This document shows, one piece after another, positions 45,802 to 53,611 of a stretch of DNA of 64,000 nucleotides (the first letter of the stretch is position 1; each line of letters opens with the position of its first letter). The notes beneath the pieces are model-generated. The model saw nothing but the letters and a program-made list of their open reading frames with translations. It did no database searches and was not told where the DNA came from. The stretch is from a virus (lineage: Duplodnaviria > Caudoviricetes): positions 1-64,000 of the IMG/VR virus record IMGVR_UViG_2706795344_000001; one strand, written 5' to 3'. The position numbers and the translations under genes were made by a program.

Positions 45802-46134
45802 ATGGTTATTACCCTTATAAAGATTATTTTTATCGTATTCTACTTTATCAATGTGGCTTGTGAGGTTTCAAACAGGTACAGGGATTGTAAGATGCACGTA
45901 GCTGTACGATATACATTCATGGTAGCTTCCGCTATTGCCTACACTAAAATCGGGGTACTTGCTACAGCCCCTTTAGTAGTTCAGATTTCGGCACTTATTA
46001 TTGTCATTTTTCTTGCTAAGTTTTTATACGATCATGTATTGAAACGTCAAATTAGAATCAAGAATTTCAGACTTAAAAAACTCTACCTTTCAGAGTCTGC
46101 ACGAAAACCTTCCCATAAACTAAACAGGAGATAA
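45802..46134 (+). CDS. Putative holin-like membrane protein
   Basis: Three hydrophobic segments and a basic C-terminus. Confidence 0.5.
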   Translation: MVITLIKIIFIVFYFINVACEVSNRYRDCKMHVAVRYTFMVASAIAYTKIGVLATAPLVVQISALIIVIFLAKFLYDHVLKRQIRIKNFRLKKLYLSESARKPSHKLNRR

Positions 46135-46135
46135 T

Positions 46136-46507
46136 ATGGCTGCTTTAAAAGGCTATGAACGAGTTTCAATCATCGGTGACTCAGCTAAGAGCTTTGCTAC
46201 ACTGGACGAGGTGAAGGAATACATGTCTGGTGGTTCTGTAGAAGGAGTCACAAAGGAGTATGTAGATACTCAGCTTGCTACTAAAGCAAGCACAACACAG
46301 TTAGCTGCTAAGGCTGATAAAACATACGTTGACACACAGTTGGCTACTAAGGCCACAACAGCATCTGTTTCAGCTAAGGCTGATAAGACGTATGTAGATG
46401 CAGAATTGGCTAAGAAAATTGGATTGCCAGCGACAGCAAATGAAGGTGATATTCTAACTTTCACAGGAGGGAAGTGGACTGCTGTAGCTGCATCTCAACC
46501 ACTATAA
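46136..46507 (+). CDS. Small repeat protein (KADKTYVD repeats)
   Basis: Three YVDxxLAxK repeats; GDILTFTGGKW end. Confidence 0.7.
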   Translation: MAALKGYERVSIIGDSAKSFATLDEVKEYMSGGSVEGVTKEYVDTQLATKASTTQLAAKADKTYVDTQLATKATTASVSAKADKTYVDAELAKKIGLPATANEGDILTFTGGKWTAVAASQPL

Positions 46508-46517
46508 GGAGTATTAG

Positions 46518-47132
46518 ATGAAGTTGACAAAGGGTGGTTTTGACATCCTTAGAAGTGAGTTATTTAAGTCATTTACTGAAAGTCAAGTCAATGCACTTAA
46601 TTTCTTGGTCATGAAATGTAAGGAAGCTGGCATGACCTACCCTGAGACAGCTTATGCTTTGGCTACAGTATACCACGAAACTGGTGTAGTGAAAGGTGGT
46701 AAGCTTGTAAGGACTATGCTTCCTGTAGAGGAGCAAGGTAGTGACAAATATCTATCTAAATACGATACAGGTAAATTGGCGACATCTCTAGGCAACACTC
46801 AAGCTCTTGATGGTGACGGTCAAAAGTATAAAGGTCGTGGTTATGTTCAGCTTACTGGCACACGTAACTATGCACTCTTTTCCAAACTTTTGGGTGTGGA
46901 CCTGTTAGGGGAACCAGAGCTTGCCATGGACCCAGAGATTGCTGCTAAGATCATGACATATGGAATGTTAAATGGTTCCTTTACAGGTGTTGGGTTCAGA
47001 CGTAAACGTCCTGTATCTAAATACAATAAGGCCCAATACATTGCTGCTAGGAATATTATCAACGGTTCAGATCGTGCCAATGATATTGCTGGATATGCTA
47101 TGATCTTTGAGAGAGCTTTAAGAAGTTATTAA
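46518..47132 (+). CDS. Endolysin, glycoside hydrolase family 19
   Basis: LATVYHET, GRGYVQLTGTRNY, ARNIING. Confidence 0.93.
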   Translation: MKLTKGGFDILRSELFKSFTESQVNALNFLVMKCKEAGMTYPETAYALATVYHETGVVKGGKLVRTMLPVEEQGSDKYLSKYDTGKLATSLGNTQALDGDGQKYKGRGYVQLTGTRNYALFSKLLGVDLLGEPELAMDPEIAAKIMTYGMLNGSFTGVGFRRKRPVSKYNKAQYIAARNIINGSDRANDIAGYAMIFERALRSY

Positions 47133-47133
47133 C

Positions 47134-47166
47134 AAAAAGAAAGGGAGCCTAGTGCTCCCTATTTTT
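47134..47166. terminator. Bidirectional terminator
   Basis: A-tract, AGGGAGC-CTAGT-GCTCCCT, T-tract, between convergent genes. Confidence 0.85.
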
Positions 47167-47488
47167 ATTTCTGGTATTCAACAAACTCTTTTAAAGCATC
47201 CACAAAGAATGGTTGCATAATAAGTTGCACACACAAAGCTTCATCGAAGATTTTTCCGACATTGACATCTGTTTCAAATCCGATTTCTTCGAAATGTTGA
47301 TTGATACGTTTAGCAAAGACGTCACCATCTATATCTGGACAACACTTTTCCATGAACTCCTCAAGCTTTTCAGCGTAGACTGGGTTCTCAAATATATCCA
47401 GCAATGCCGATGGGTCACACCCCTTGAATTCATTAACACGGTCATCAATATATTGCTCAACCCGTTTATTGATCGTATCAAAGTCCAC
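47165..47488 (-). CDS. Hypothetical protein
   Basis: GGAGGTG RBS; acidic 107 aa. Confidence 0.7.
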   Translation of the reverse strand: MDFDTINKRVEQYIDDRVNEFKGCDPSALLDIFENPVYAEKLEEFMEKCCPDIDGDVFAKRINQHFEEIGFETDVNVGKIFDEALCVQLIMQPFFVDALKEFVEYQK

Positions 47489-48113
47489 TGATCACCTCCT
47501 TCATATGGTTATTAATGCTCACAGAATCGCGCAGGAGCGCTTTTAACACATTTAATGGTGAATCATAGCCAAAGCCGAGAAAGTCCCTTAAATAAGCCTC
47601 TGAGAACTCTTTATGATTATGTCGCAACAATCCTCCCCAAGCATACTGCATGGTTAAGCTCTCATCTCTACTCTGTTCTCGACCAAAGCTTTGGTATTTA
47701 ACTTCAGGGTCATGTTTGAGTACGATGTTCAATGTGTTACCTTCGCCCACCATTTCTTCATGATTTTTGTAGAAGCGATCACAATGATCATCCCAATGAG
47801 TCCAAGGCATGTCAGGTTTTACACTCTTATTGGATAGGCCATAGAACTTTCCTGTCAGTACAGGAGAATCTGTGATAACTACATCACAACCAGAATTCAA
47901 ATATAGACCAAGTAGACGTGCTTGCTCACCTGTTATTGTCCATTGGTTTACGCTATTTGTACTTAAACCATTTAGGATAGGTTCCTTAATCCACTCACGA
48001 CAGTATTCAGCATTAATACCTTTTAATTTAAGTGCGTTGGCAAGTGTAGTAGCTAATATAGTTTTTCCTGTACCTGCTGCACCAAAAATGTTTATCAATA
48101 ATGGCTTCTTCAT
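47478..48113 (-). CDS. P-loop kinase (NadR/AAA_28-like)
   Basis: INIFGAAGTGKT, VITDSP, YQSFGREQ. Confidence 0.8.
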   Translation of the reverse strand: MKKPLLINIFGAAGTGKTILATTLANALKLKGINAEYCREWIKEPILNGLSTNSVNQWTITGEQARLLGLYLNSGCDVVITDSPVLTGKFYGLSNKSVKPDMPWTHWDDHCDRFYKNHEEMVGEGNTLNIVLKHDPEVKYQSFGREQSRDESLTMQYAWGGLLRHNHKEFSEAYLRDFLGFGYDSPLNVLKALLRDSVSINNHMKEVISGL

Positions 48114-48256
48114 TTAACCTCCTCAATAGTTGTTCGACGGCTGTCAAAATGCTCTTTCTCAGCAACTTGTTTCCAAGCGTCTGTCTCATCAACAGCTGTG
48201 ATATTATAAATGATATTGTAGTTTAAAAATGCAACGGTAAATCTGAACTTTCGCAT
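48110..48256 (-). CDS. Small hypothetical protein, 48 aa (not in the ORF track)
   Basis: GGAGGT RBS; ATGA overlap with the next gene. Confidence 0.6.
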   Translation of the reverse strand: MRKFRFTVAFLNYNIIYNITAVDETDAWKQVAEKEHFDSRRTTIEEVK

Positions 48257-48267
48257 AATACCTCCAA

Positions 48268-48290
48268 TAAAAAGGAGGGATAAACCCTCC
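48268..48290 (-). terminator. Intrinsic terminator
   Basis: GGAGGG-loop-CCCTCC followed by a U-tract on the minus strand. Confidence 0.75.
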
Positions 48291-48297
48291 CAATTAA

Positions 48298-48432
48298 TTA
48301 AGCTTTAAACAAACCTTGATTAACACTTTTAGCAAACGCTAAGAACATACGTTTTTCATTCTCATTTACACCAACAGGAATTTGGATTTGACGAGTGAAT
48401 TGTCCACGTTTAACGATTGATGTATTCTTCAT
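48298..48432 (-). CDS. Small hypothetical protein, 44 aa (not in the ORF track)
   Basis: GAGGAG RBS; MKNTSIVKRGQF... Confidence 0.6.
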   Translation of the reverse strand: MKNTSIVKRGQFTRQIQIPVGVNENEKRMFLAFAKSVNQGLFKA

Positions 48433-48433
48433 A

Positions 48434-48916
48434 TTACAGCTCCTCTAATGAAATACTTTTAACTCTATTAGTTGCAGTTTCAAACTCAACTGTTGCATGG
48501 TATCCAACAGCGTTAAGTATGTCAACAACTTTTTTCATTCCGATTGAATCTTCAATTAAGACTCTCACAGTTTGCCCATTTGCCTTAACAATATCATGTA
48601 AACCAAAATATTGGACATTATCACGATACCGCCAAGTATTACCATCTTTCTTGATATATTCAACACTACTTCCTTTCCCAGCCAGTTTTAAAAGTTTATC
48701 TCTCATGAAATGGTTTACCCATCGAGATAATAATGTGCTAGGCACATAGGTATTAATTTTATCAAATGTAATGTCCGTTCGACGTGACGTCTTATCATCT
48801 GATATAGAAATTGTGTAGCGCCCCCTTAAATTTTTAAATGTTCTGAATGTAAGATTAATCTTCTCTTTTTTAGGTCGAACCTCAATAATGAAATCGCTCA
48901 ACTTGTCTATCTCCAA
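48434..48916 (-). CDS. Hypothetical protein
   Basis: 160-aa ORF in the operon. Confidence 0.6.
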   Translation of the reverse strand: MEIDKLSDFIIEVRPKKEKINLTFRTFKNLRGRYTISISDDKTSRRTDITFDKINTYVPSTLLSRWVNHFMRDKLLKLAGKGSSVEYIKKDGNTWRYRDNVQYFGLHDIVKANGQTVRVLIEDSIGMKKVVDILNAVGYHATVEFETATNRVKSISLEEL

Positions 48917-48943
48917 AACTAAAACACAAATAATACATTAAAA

Positions 48944-49345
48944 CTAATCAAACGTAAAGGTTGATTTATCATGTATTGTAACTTTTAAATTAAGCTCTCT
49001 GGCATAATTAATCATATGGGTTGTCCCTTTACTCAAGTCAGTCCTAAAAGCTATGACTTCAGATACCATATAATTATGAGATTTCTTTTCAAGGAACTTA
49101 GCCATGCATTCATTTCTGAGTATCCCAGCCTTCTTACCTTGGTTATCCCAATCAGCTTCAAATAGATAACTGTATATCTCATGCTTGAGGCAGAACTCTT
49201 TAGCGAATGTATCAATACCTCTTGCACAACCAAAGATCATAATCCCTATGTCTCTTGGTTGATATGTCTCAAGAATTATCTCTTCAAATTCCTCATAGGT
49301 CCACCCTTCTCGTGAACCTGTAATCAATAAAGCTACATGCTTCAT
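48944..49345 (-). CDS. SLOG-fold protein (YspA/DUF2493-like)
   Basis: ITGSR, GCARGID, ADWDNQGKKAGILRN, SKGTTHMI. Confidence 0.85.
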   Translation of the reverse strand: MKHVALLITGSREGWTYEEFEEIILETYQPRDIGIMIFGCARGIDTFAKEFCLKHEIYSYLFEADWDNQGKKAGILRNECMAKFLEKKSHNYMVSEVIAFRTDLSKGTTHMINYARELNLKVTIHDKSTFTFD

Positions 49346-49560
49346 TTTGACCTCTCTTTTAATGTGTTGTTTAATTTAAGGGCCTCCATGTATAAAGGGT
49401 CATATATAGCTCTTGCATTAACAACAGAGCAAAGTGCTCTTGCCATAGGTGCTGTCAATCTTTTAAAACCACCTTTTTCATTGAACTCATAGAATTCCCT
49501 CTCAACAGTGTGCTGGATATCCAGTGCCTGATGATATCTCTTGTAGGCATCAAAACTCAT
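49342..49560 (-). CDS. Hypothetical protein
   Basis: Translationally coupled at both ends. Confidence 0.65.
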   Translation of the reverse strand: MSFDAYKRYHQALDIQHTVEREFYEFNEKGGFKRLTAPMARALCSVVNARAIYDPLYMEALKLNNTLKERSK

Positions 49561-50225
49561 TAATACTCCTCTTTAAAATATTTGGCATCCTCTTTCATCT
49601 TACGATTACGTTCTAAAATATCAATATTAGGAATACGTTTATAGATATCAGAGAAAGAGCCTTTAGGTTGATAGTCAATATGAGGTGCATTACATTCAGC
49701 CATAGCTGCATCGATAGCTGCAAAATATTCGTCAGCATCTACATCATCTTCCTCTTCTATAGTTTCACAAGGTAAATCTTCTTTCTTACCAACTAAGTGC
49801 TTCAAAGCATCTGGTATACCTTTGATGACATTAGAACGAGGTTTTCCTTGTTTCTGAAATGAGTCTTCCATAGTTGTCTTTGGTTTAATAACCTTAGAAA
49901 CTTTCTTAGTCACTTCTTTAACAACTTTCTTTACGACATTAAGAAGCTTACAAGCTTTCTCAGTAATTGAATAGTGAGTAGTTCTAGTATGACCCATGTC
50001 ATGAGAAATAAGGATAAGTCCAAAATCAACTAACTTTTTCTTAGCTCTTTGAATTTGACTTTCAGATAATGAACCTTCGAAGTCTTCAGACAGTTGTTTA
50101 TTAGTTCGATAGACCTTAGTCACATTCTTAGTCTCAGACCAGAATTTAATGTGATTAAGTAAGAGAGCAGCTTGGATACCAACTAAGTTAGCTACTTCTG
50201 GATTGTAAGATTTAATATACGACAT
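49560..50225 (-). CDS. Winged-HTH replication-initiator-like protein (start revised to MSYIKS)
   Basis: GIQAALLLNHIKFW...YRTNKQLSED...SESQIQRAKKKLVDFGLI; GAGGTG RBS. Confidence 0.7.
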   Translation of the reverse strand: MSYIKSYNPEVANLVGIQAALLLNHIKFWSETKNVTKVYRTNKQLSEDFEGSLSESQIQRAKKKLVDFGLILISHDMGHTRTTHYSITEKACKLLNVVKKVVKEVTKKVSKVIKPKTTMEDSFQKQGKPRSNVIKGIPDALKHLVGKKEDLPCETIEEEDDVDADEYFAAIDAAMAECNAPHIDYQPKGSFSDIYKRIPNIDILERNRKMKEDAKYFKEEY

Positions 50226-50321
50226 GATAACACCTCTTCGATGTAGGCAATCATACACATCTTAAAAACCCATATCAATATTTAATTTTATTTTAAATTT
50301 AATTTTATTCTATTAATAACA

Positions 50322-50409
50322 TTTGGCAGATACGAAGAATGCATTTTTCATAAACGATAAATGGAGATTTTGATAACGAAATATGCATATTGCATTATCG
50401 AAATATGGG
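50322..50409. repeat. Four degenerate 22-bp tandem repeats (iteron-like)
   Basis: CGA core at 50333, 50355, 50377, 50399; shared CGAnnnATG. Confidence 0.7.
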
Positions 50410-50518
50410 AGGGAAATAAAAAAGATTGAAAAACTACTGGACAATACATATATAGTAGTATAGTATGAATATATAAATAGACTGGAATTAATTTGATTAT
50501 AAATAATTGTACATAGTT

Positions 50519-50546
50519 ATAGTACCATAAAAATCCATTTTGTCAA
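50519..50546 (-). promoter_or_regulatory. sigma70-type promoter (leftward)
   Basis: TTGACA-16 nt-TACTAT with TG extension. Confidence 0.65.
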
Positions 50547-50582
50547 GTTCTTTGTTGTTACAGAAATGTAAACAATGAGGTC

Positions 50583-50610
50583 TTGACTATTGTCGTTTTT
50601 ACTGTATAAT
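50583..50610 (+). promoter_or_regulatory. sigma70-type promoter of the replication operon
   Basis: TTGACT-16 nt-TATAAT. Confidence 0.75.
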
Positions 50611-50640
50611 AGTGCGTGAAGATCAATATAGGAGGATAAG

Positions 50641-51111
50641 ATGTCGTGGAATAATCTATCTGATAGATGGAAGGATTACTTTATTAAGGAGCTACATTTA
50701 ATTGCATCAATGTCAAGAGATGTGGATACAAAGGTTGGGGCGATTATTATTGATACAGAGAATAAAGTTGTCATAGCTAAAGGCTACAACGATTTACCAA
50801 GAGGTGTCTATCATCACATTGCTAGAAACTCTAGGCCACTTAAATATAAATACACAACACATGCTGAAATGAATGCACTCTTCAATGCCTTATATCAAGG
50901 TGCTAGTGTTAAGGGTGCAACAATGTTGTGTACGTTATTCTCATGTTCTACATGTTGTGGTGGTGTGATTCAGAGTGGTATCAAAGAGTTTGTTTGCCCT
51001 GAACCTGATTGGGAGTACCCATCTTTAAAAGAAGATTTCCCTGTAACAAGTCAGATGTATGATGAAGCACTTGTACATGTAATATTTGAGGAGAAGTTAT
51101 CGAATGTCTAA
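50641..51111 (+). CDS. dCMP deaminase
   Basis: KVGA, GYN, HAEMNA, CSTC. Confidence 0.92.
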   Translation: MSWNNLSDRWKDYFIKELHLIASMSRDVDTKVGAIIIDTENKVVIAKGYNDLPRGVYHHIARNSRPLKYKYTTHAEMNALFNALYQGASVKGATMLCTLFSCSTCCGGVIQSGIKEFVCPEPDWEYPSLKEDFPVTSQMYDEALVHVIFEEKLSNV

Positions 51112-53185
51112 CATCCCAACAAATATGATCTGGAAGAAGGTTAAGGGTGAATGGACAATTGGTAAGTTCATGGGTGTAGATTGGAGTGGTATAGTTTGGG
51201 AGGATGAAGGTAAACAACCATGCCCACATTGCCAAGCTAATGGAGAGGATAGGTCAGGAAACAACTTCCATGTTTATGGTTTAGACGAGCTTGGACGTCC
51301 ATTAGGTGGGAAATGTTTTAGGGAAGAGCTAGTCATTGTTTCTGTAGAGAAAGCAATTGATGATGCAAATGAAGAAAGTGGTAATGCTGCCAAGGATTAT
51401 GTAAAGAAGTATGACGGAGGTAAGTCGGTAAATATGTCAGCATTTGATGAGAAGAAGTTAAGTAAAGAAAAAGCCAAACTCAAACGTGAGCGTCTGAGTG
51501 GTGAAGAGTTAAGACAAATCCTAGAAGATACTGGTGACGACCCTAGAATGTTACGTGGTATGGATTTGGAAACCTCTAGGAAATATGATATTCGATATCA
51601 GTATGATACGAGTACAGGTAAAGCAAAAGTAATGATGATTCCAGCATTCATTGAAGAGGATGGTGAGTTTGTTATTACAGGTTATAAATGTCGTAACTTC
51701 CGTAAGAAGAAAGATCAGGAAGGTCACTTCTACTCTATTGGTTACGTAGGTAAACTGAACTGTTTCATGGGCCAGAATATTGCTAAGTCAGCTAACCATG
51801 CACTTATTGTTGGTGGTGAGATTGATGTTATTGCAGCCGATACTCTACTTAAGAAACATTCAAAGCTTAAGCAATACAACAAGAACTATGTTGTATTAAG
51901 CTCATTGGTTGGTGAGCCAGCTACATTTGAAGTGTGTAAACAAAACTACGAATTCATGTCTGGTTTCAGCAAAGTGGTAGTTGCACTAGACAATGATAAT
52001 GCTGGTAAAGAAGCTACTGAGCGTGTTAAAGAAGTTCTTCCAAATGAAACACTATTTGTTGCGAAACTCTCTTATAAGGACCCATGGGTTTATTGGGAGG
52101 AATTCAAAAAGAATGGTAATAAAGAAGCACCTAAAGAATTTGAGAATGATGTTCATTGGAACAGTAAAGTTGTCAAGTCGTTTGGTTTAGTTGGTTCACG
52201 ATCTTTACTATCACGAGCAATTGAGCATGTGGTACGTCCTAAGATTCCTTTACCAGCCTTCTTACGTGATTTGGATGATTATTTTACCGATGGTATTGGT
52301 CTCGGTGAAATCTTTAACATCATCTCTAACACTTCTACAGGTAAATCTGTTTATGTGAATGAGATGATCTCTGATTGGGTTGTAAATGCACCATACAAGA
52401 TGTGTATTTTCTCGTTAGAGGATAACTGTGGTTCATATGGTACTAAGATTGCTTCTCGCTTAATTGGTCGCTCCATTCACCGTGTTAAGGGTGCAGAGAA
52501 TCGTCGTAAGATTCTTGAGGACAATGAAGAGAAGATCATGGAGTTCTTAACTGACAAAGAAACTGGTGAAGATGCATTCTACTTAATTGAAGAGGCATTC
52601 AGTGACTTAGAGCAAGTTAAGCAAGCTATTCTTCAGGCTATTAAAGTTCTTGGCTGTAAGATCATTGTAATTGACCCATTAGTCAACTTGATCTCGCATA
52701 AGACAAATGAAGAGCAGATTGCATTCATGGTGTTCGAAGAAGAGTGTCGTCGTATCTATGATGTGACATTCATTAACGTGTGTCATACACGTAAAATTGG
52801 TGGTGGTGGTTCGAAAGCAGCTTCTCAAGGTGGAGACATCACAGAGGAAGATGTGAAGGGTTCAAGCCAGATTACAGGTTCAGCGACTATCAATATGATT
52901 ATTCGTCGTGACAAAGGTAATCCAGACCCAATCATCCGTAACACTACTGAGATCGACTTGATGAAGAATCGTACAGATGGTACTACAGGTAAGAGCGTTG
53001 CAAAAATCTTCTATCATGGAGAATCACATACACTCATTCCTTATAGTATTGCTGAGGAGAATGACTTCTTCCAAGATGGTCAAAAGGTTGACTTCAATCG
53101 TAAGGGTGTCACACCTGTAACTACACAGGAGGATGCAGAAGATGATAATGAAGTTGTAGACCCTAAAGAAATGGATTTTGCTTAA
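51104..53185 (+). CDS. DNA primase-helicase (T7 gp4-like)
   Basis: CPHC zinc domain, GEID and DND TOPRIM motifs, STGKS Walker A, SLED, KGSS, KNR. Confidence 0.93.
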   Translation: MSNIPTNMIWKKVKGEWTIGKFMGVDWSGIVWEDEGKQPCPHCQANGEDRSGNNFHVYGLDELGRPLGGKCFREELVIVSVEKAIDDANEESGNAAKDYVKKYDGGKSVNMSAFDEKKLSKEKAKLKRERLSGEELRQILEDTGDDPRMLRGMDLETSRKYDIRYQYDTSTGKAKVMMIPAFIEEDGEFVITGYKCRNFRKKKDQEGHFYSIGYVGKLNCFMGQNIAKSANHALIVGGEIDVIAADTLLKKHSKLKQYNKNYVVLSSLVGEPATFEVCKQNYEFMSGFSKVVVALDNDNAGKEATERVKEVLPNETLFVAKLSYKDPWVYWEEFKKNGNKEAPKEFENDVHWNSKVVKSFGLVGSRSLLSRAIEHVVRPKIPLPAFLRDLDDYFTDGIGLGEIFNIISNTSTGKSVYVNEMISDWVVNAPYKMCIFSLEDNCGSYGTKIASRLIGRSIHRVKGAENRRKILEDNEEKIMEFLTDKETGEDAFYLIEEAFSDLEQVKQAILQAIKVLGCKIIVIDPLVNLISHKTNEEQIAFMVFEEECRRIYDVTFINVCHTRKIGGGGSKAASQGGDITEEDVKGSSQITGSATINMIIRRDKGNPDPIIRNTTEIDLMKNRTDGTTGKSVAKIFYHGESHTLIPYSIAEENDFFQDGQKVDFNRKGVTPVTTQEDAEDDNEVVDPKEMDFA

Positions 53186-53189
53186 TAAC

Positions 53190-53228
53190 TTGTGAAATCA
53201 AGCAGATGCTGGTATAATGCTGGCATCT
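53190..53228 (+). promoter_or_regulatory. Promoter with its -10 box inside an inverted repeat
   Basis: TTGTGA-17 nt-TATAAT; AGATGCTGG/CTGGCATCT arms. Confidence 0.55.
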
Positions 53229-53245
53229 AAATTTTAGGAGGTAAT

Positions 53246-53611
53246 ATGGAAAAGAATTTTGGTAATTTAATTTTAGATTTATTTAAATTAAACACAGGAG
53301 ATGAGGTAATTCGTTTAGCAGATTTTAGAATGCTGTCTGCTGAAGGTGTTGAATATAATTTTTTCTTTGGCAATGTTTATAACTTTGAGATTAATCTTGC
53401 ACACTACAGTAAAGAGTTTGTGAAAGGTCAAGGGGATGTACATAACTTTGTGTTATCTGTAACACAGGGTGCTATTAAAAAGTCTTCAATAATTTCTCAT
53501 GAAGCTTTAAATATCGTTGGTGAACAAGGTCTCATTAAAACTATTAAACGTATTTGTAATGAAATTATTTCTGAGCGTTTGAATGAAGTGTTAGGGGGTG
53601 ATAGTGTCTAA
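53246..53611 (+). CDS. Hypothetical protein
   Basis: AGGAGGT RBS. Confidence 0.7.
   Translation: MEKNFGNLILDLFKLNTGDEVIRLADFRMLSAEGVEYNFFFGNVYNFEINLAHYSKEFVKGQGDVHNFVLSVTQGAIKKSSIISHEALNIVGEQGLIKTIKRICNEIISERLNEVLGGDSV

Noticed and set aside
12000-47080. Numerous antisense or alternate-frame ORFs inside structural genes
   Set aside because: Shadow ORFs of long, codon-biased genes, with no motifs.
50322-50409. CRISPR array
   Set aside because: The repeats are contiguous and degenerate, with no spacers and no cas genes.
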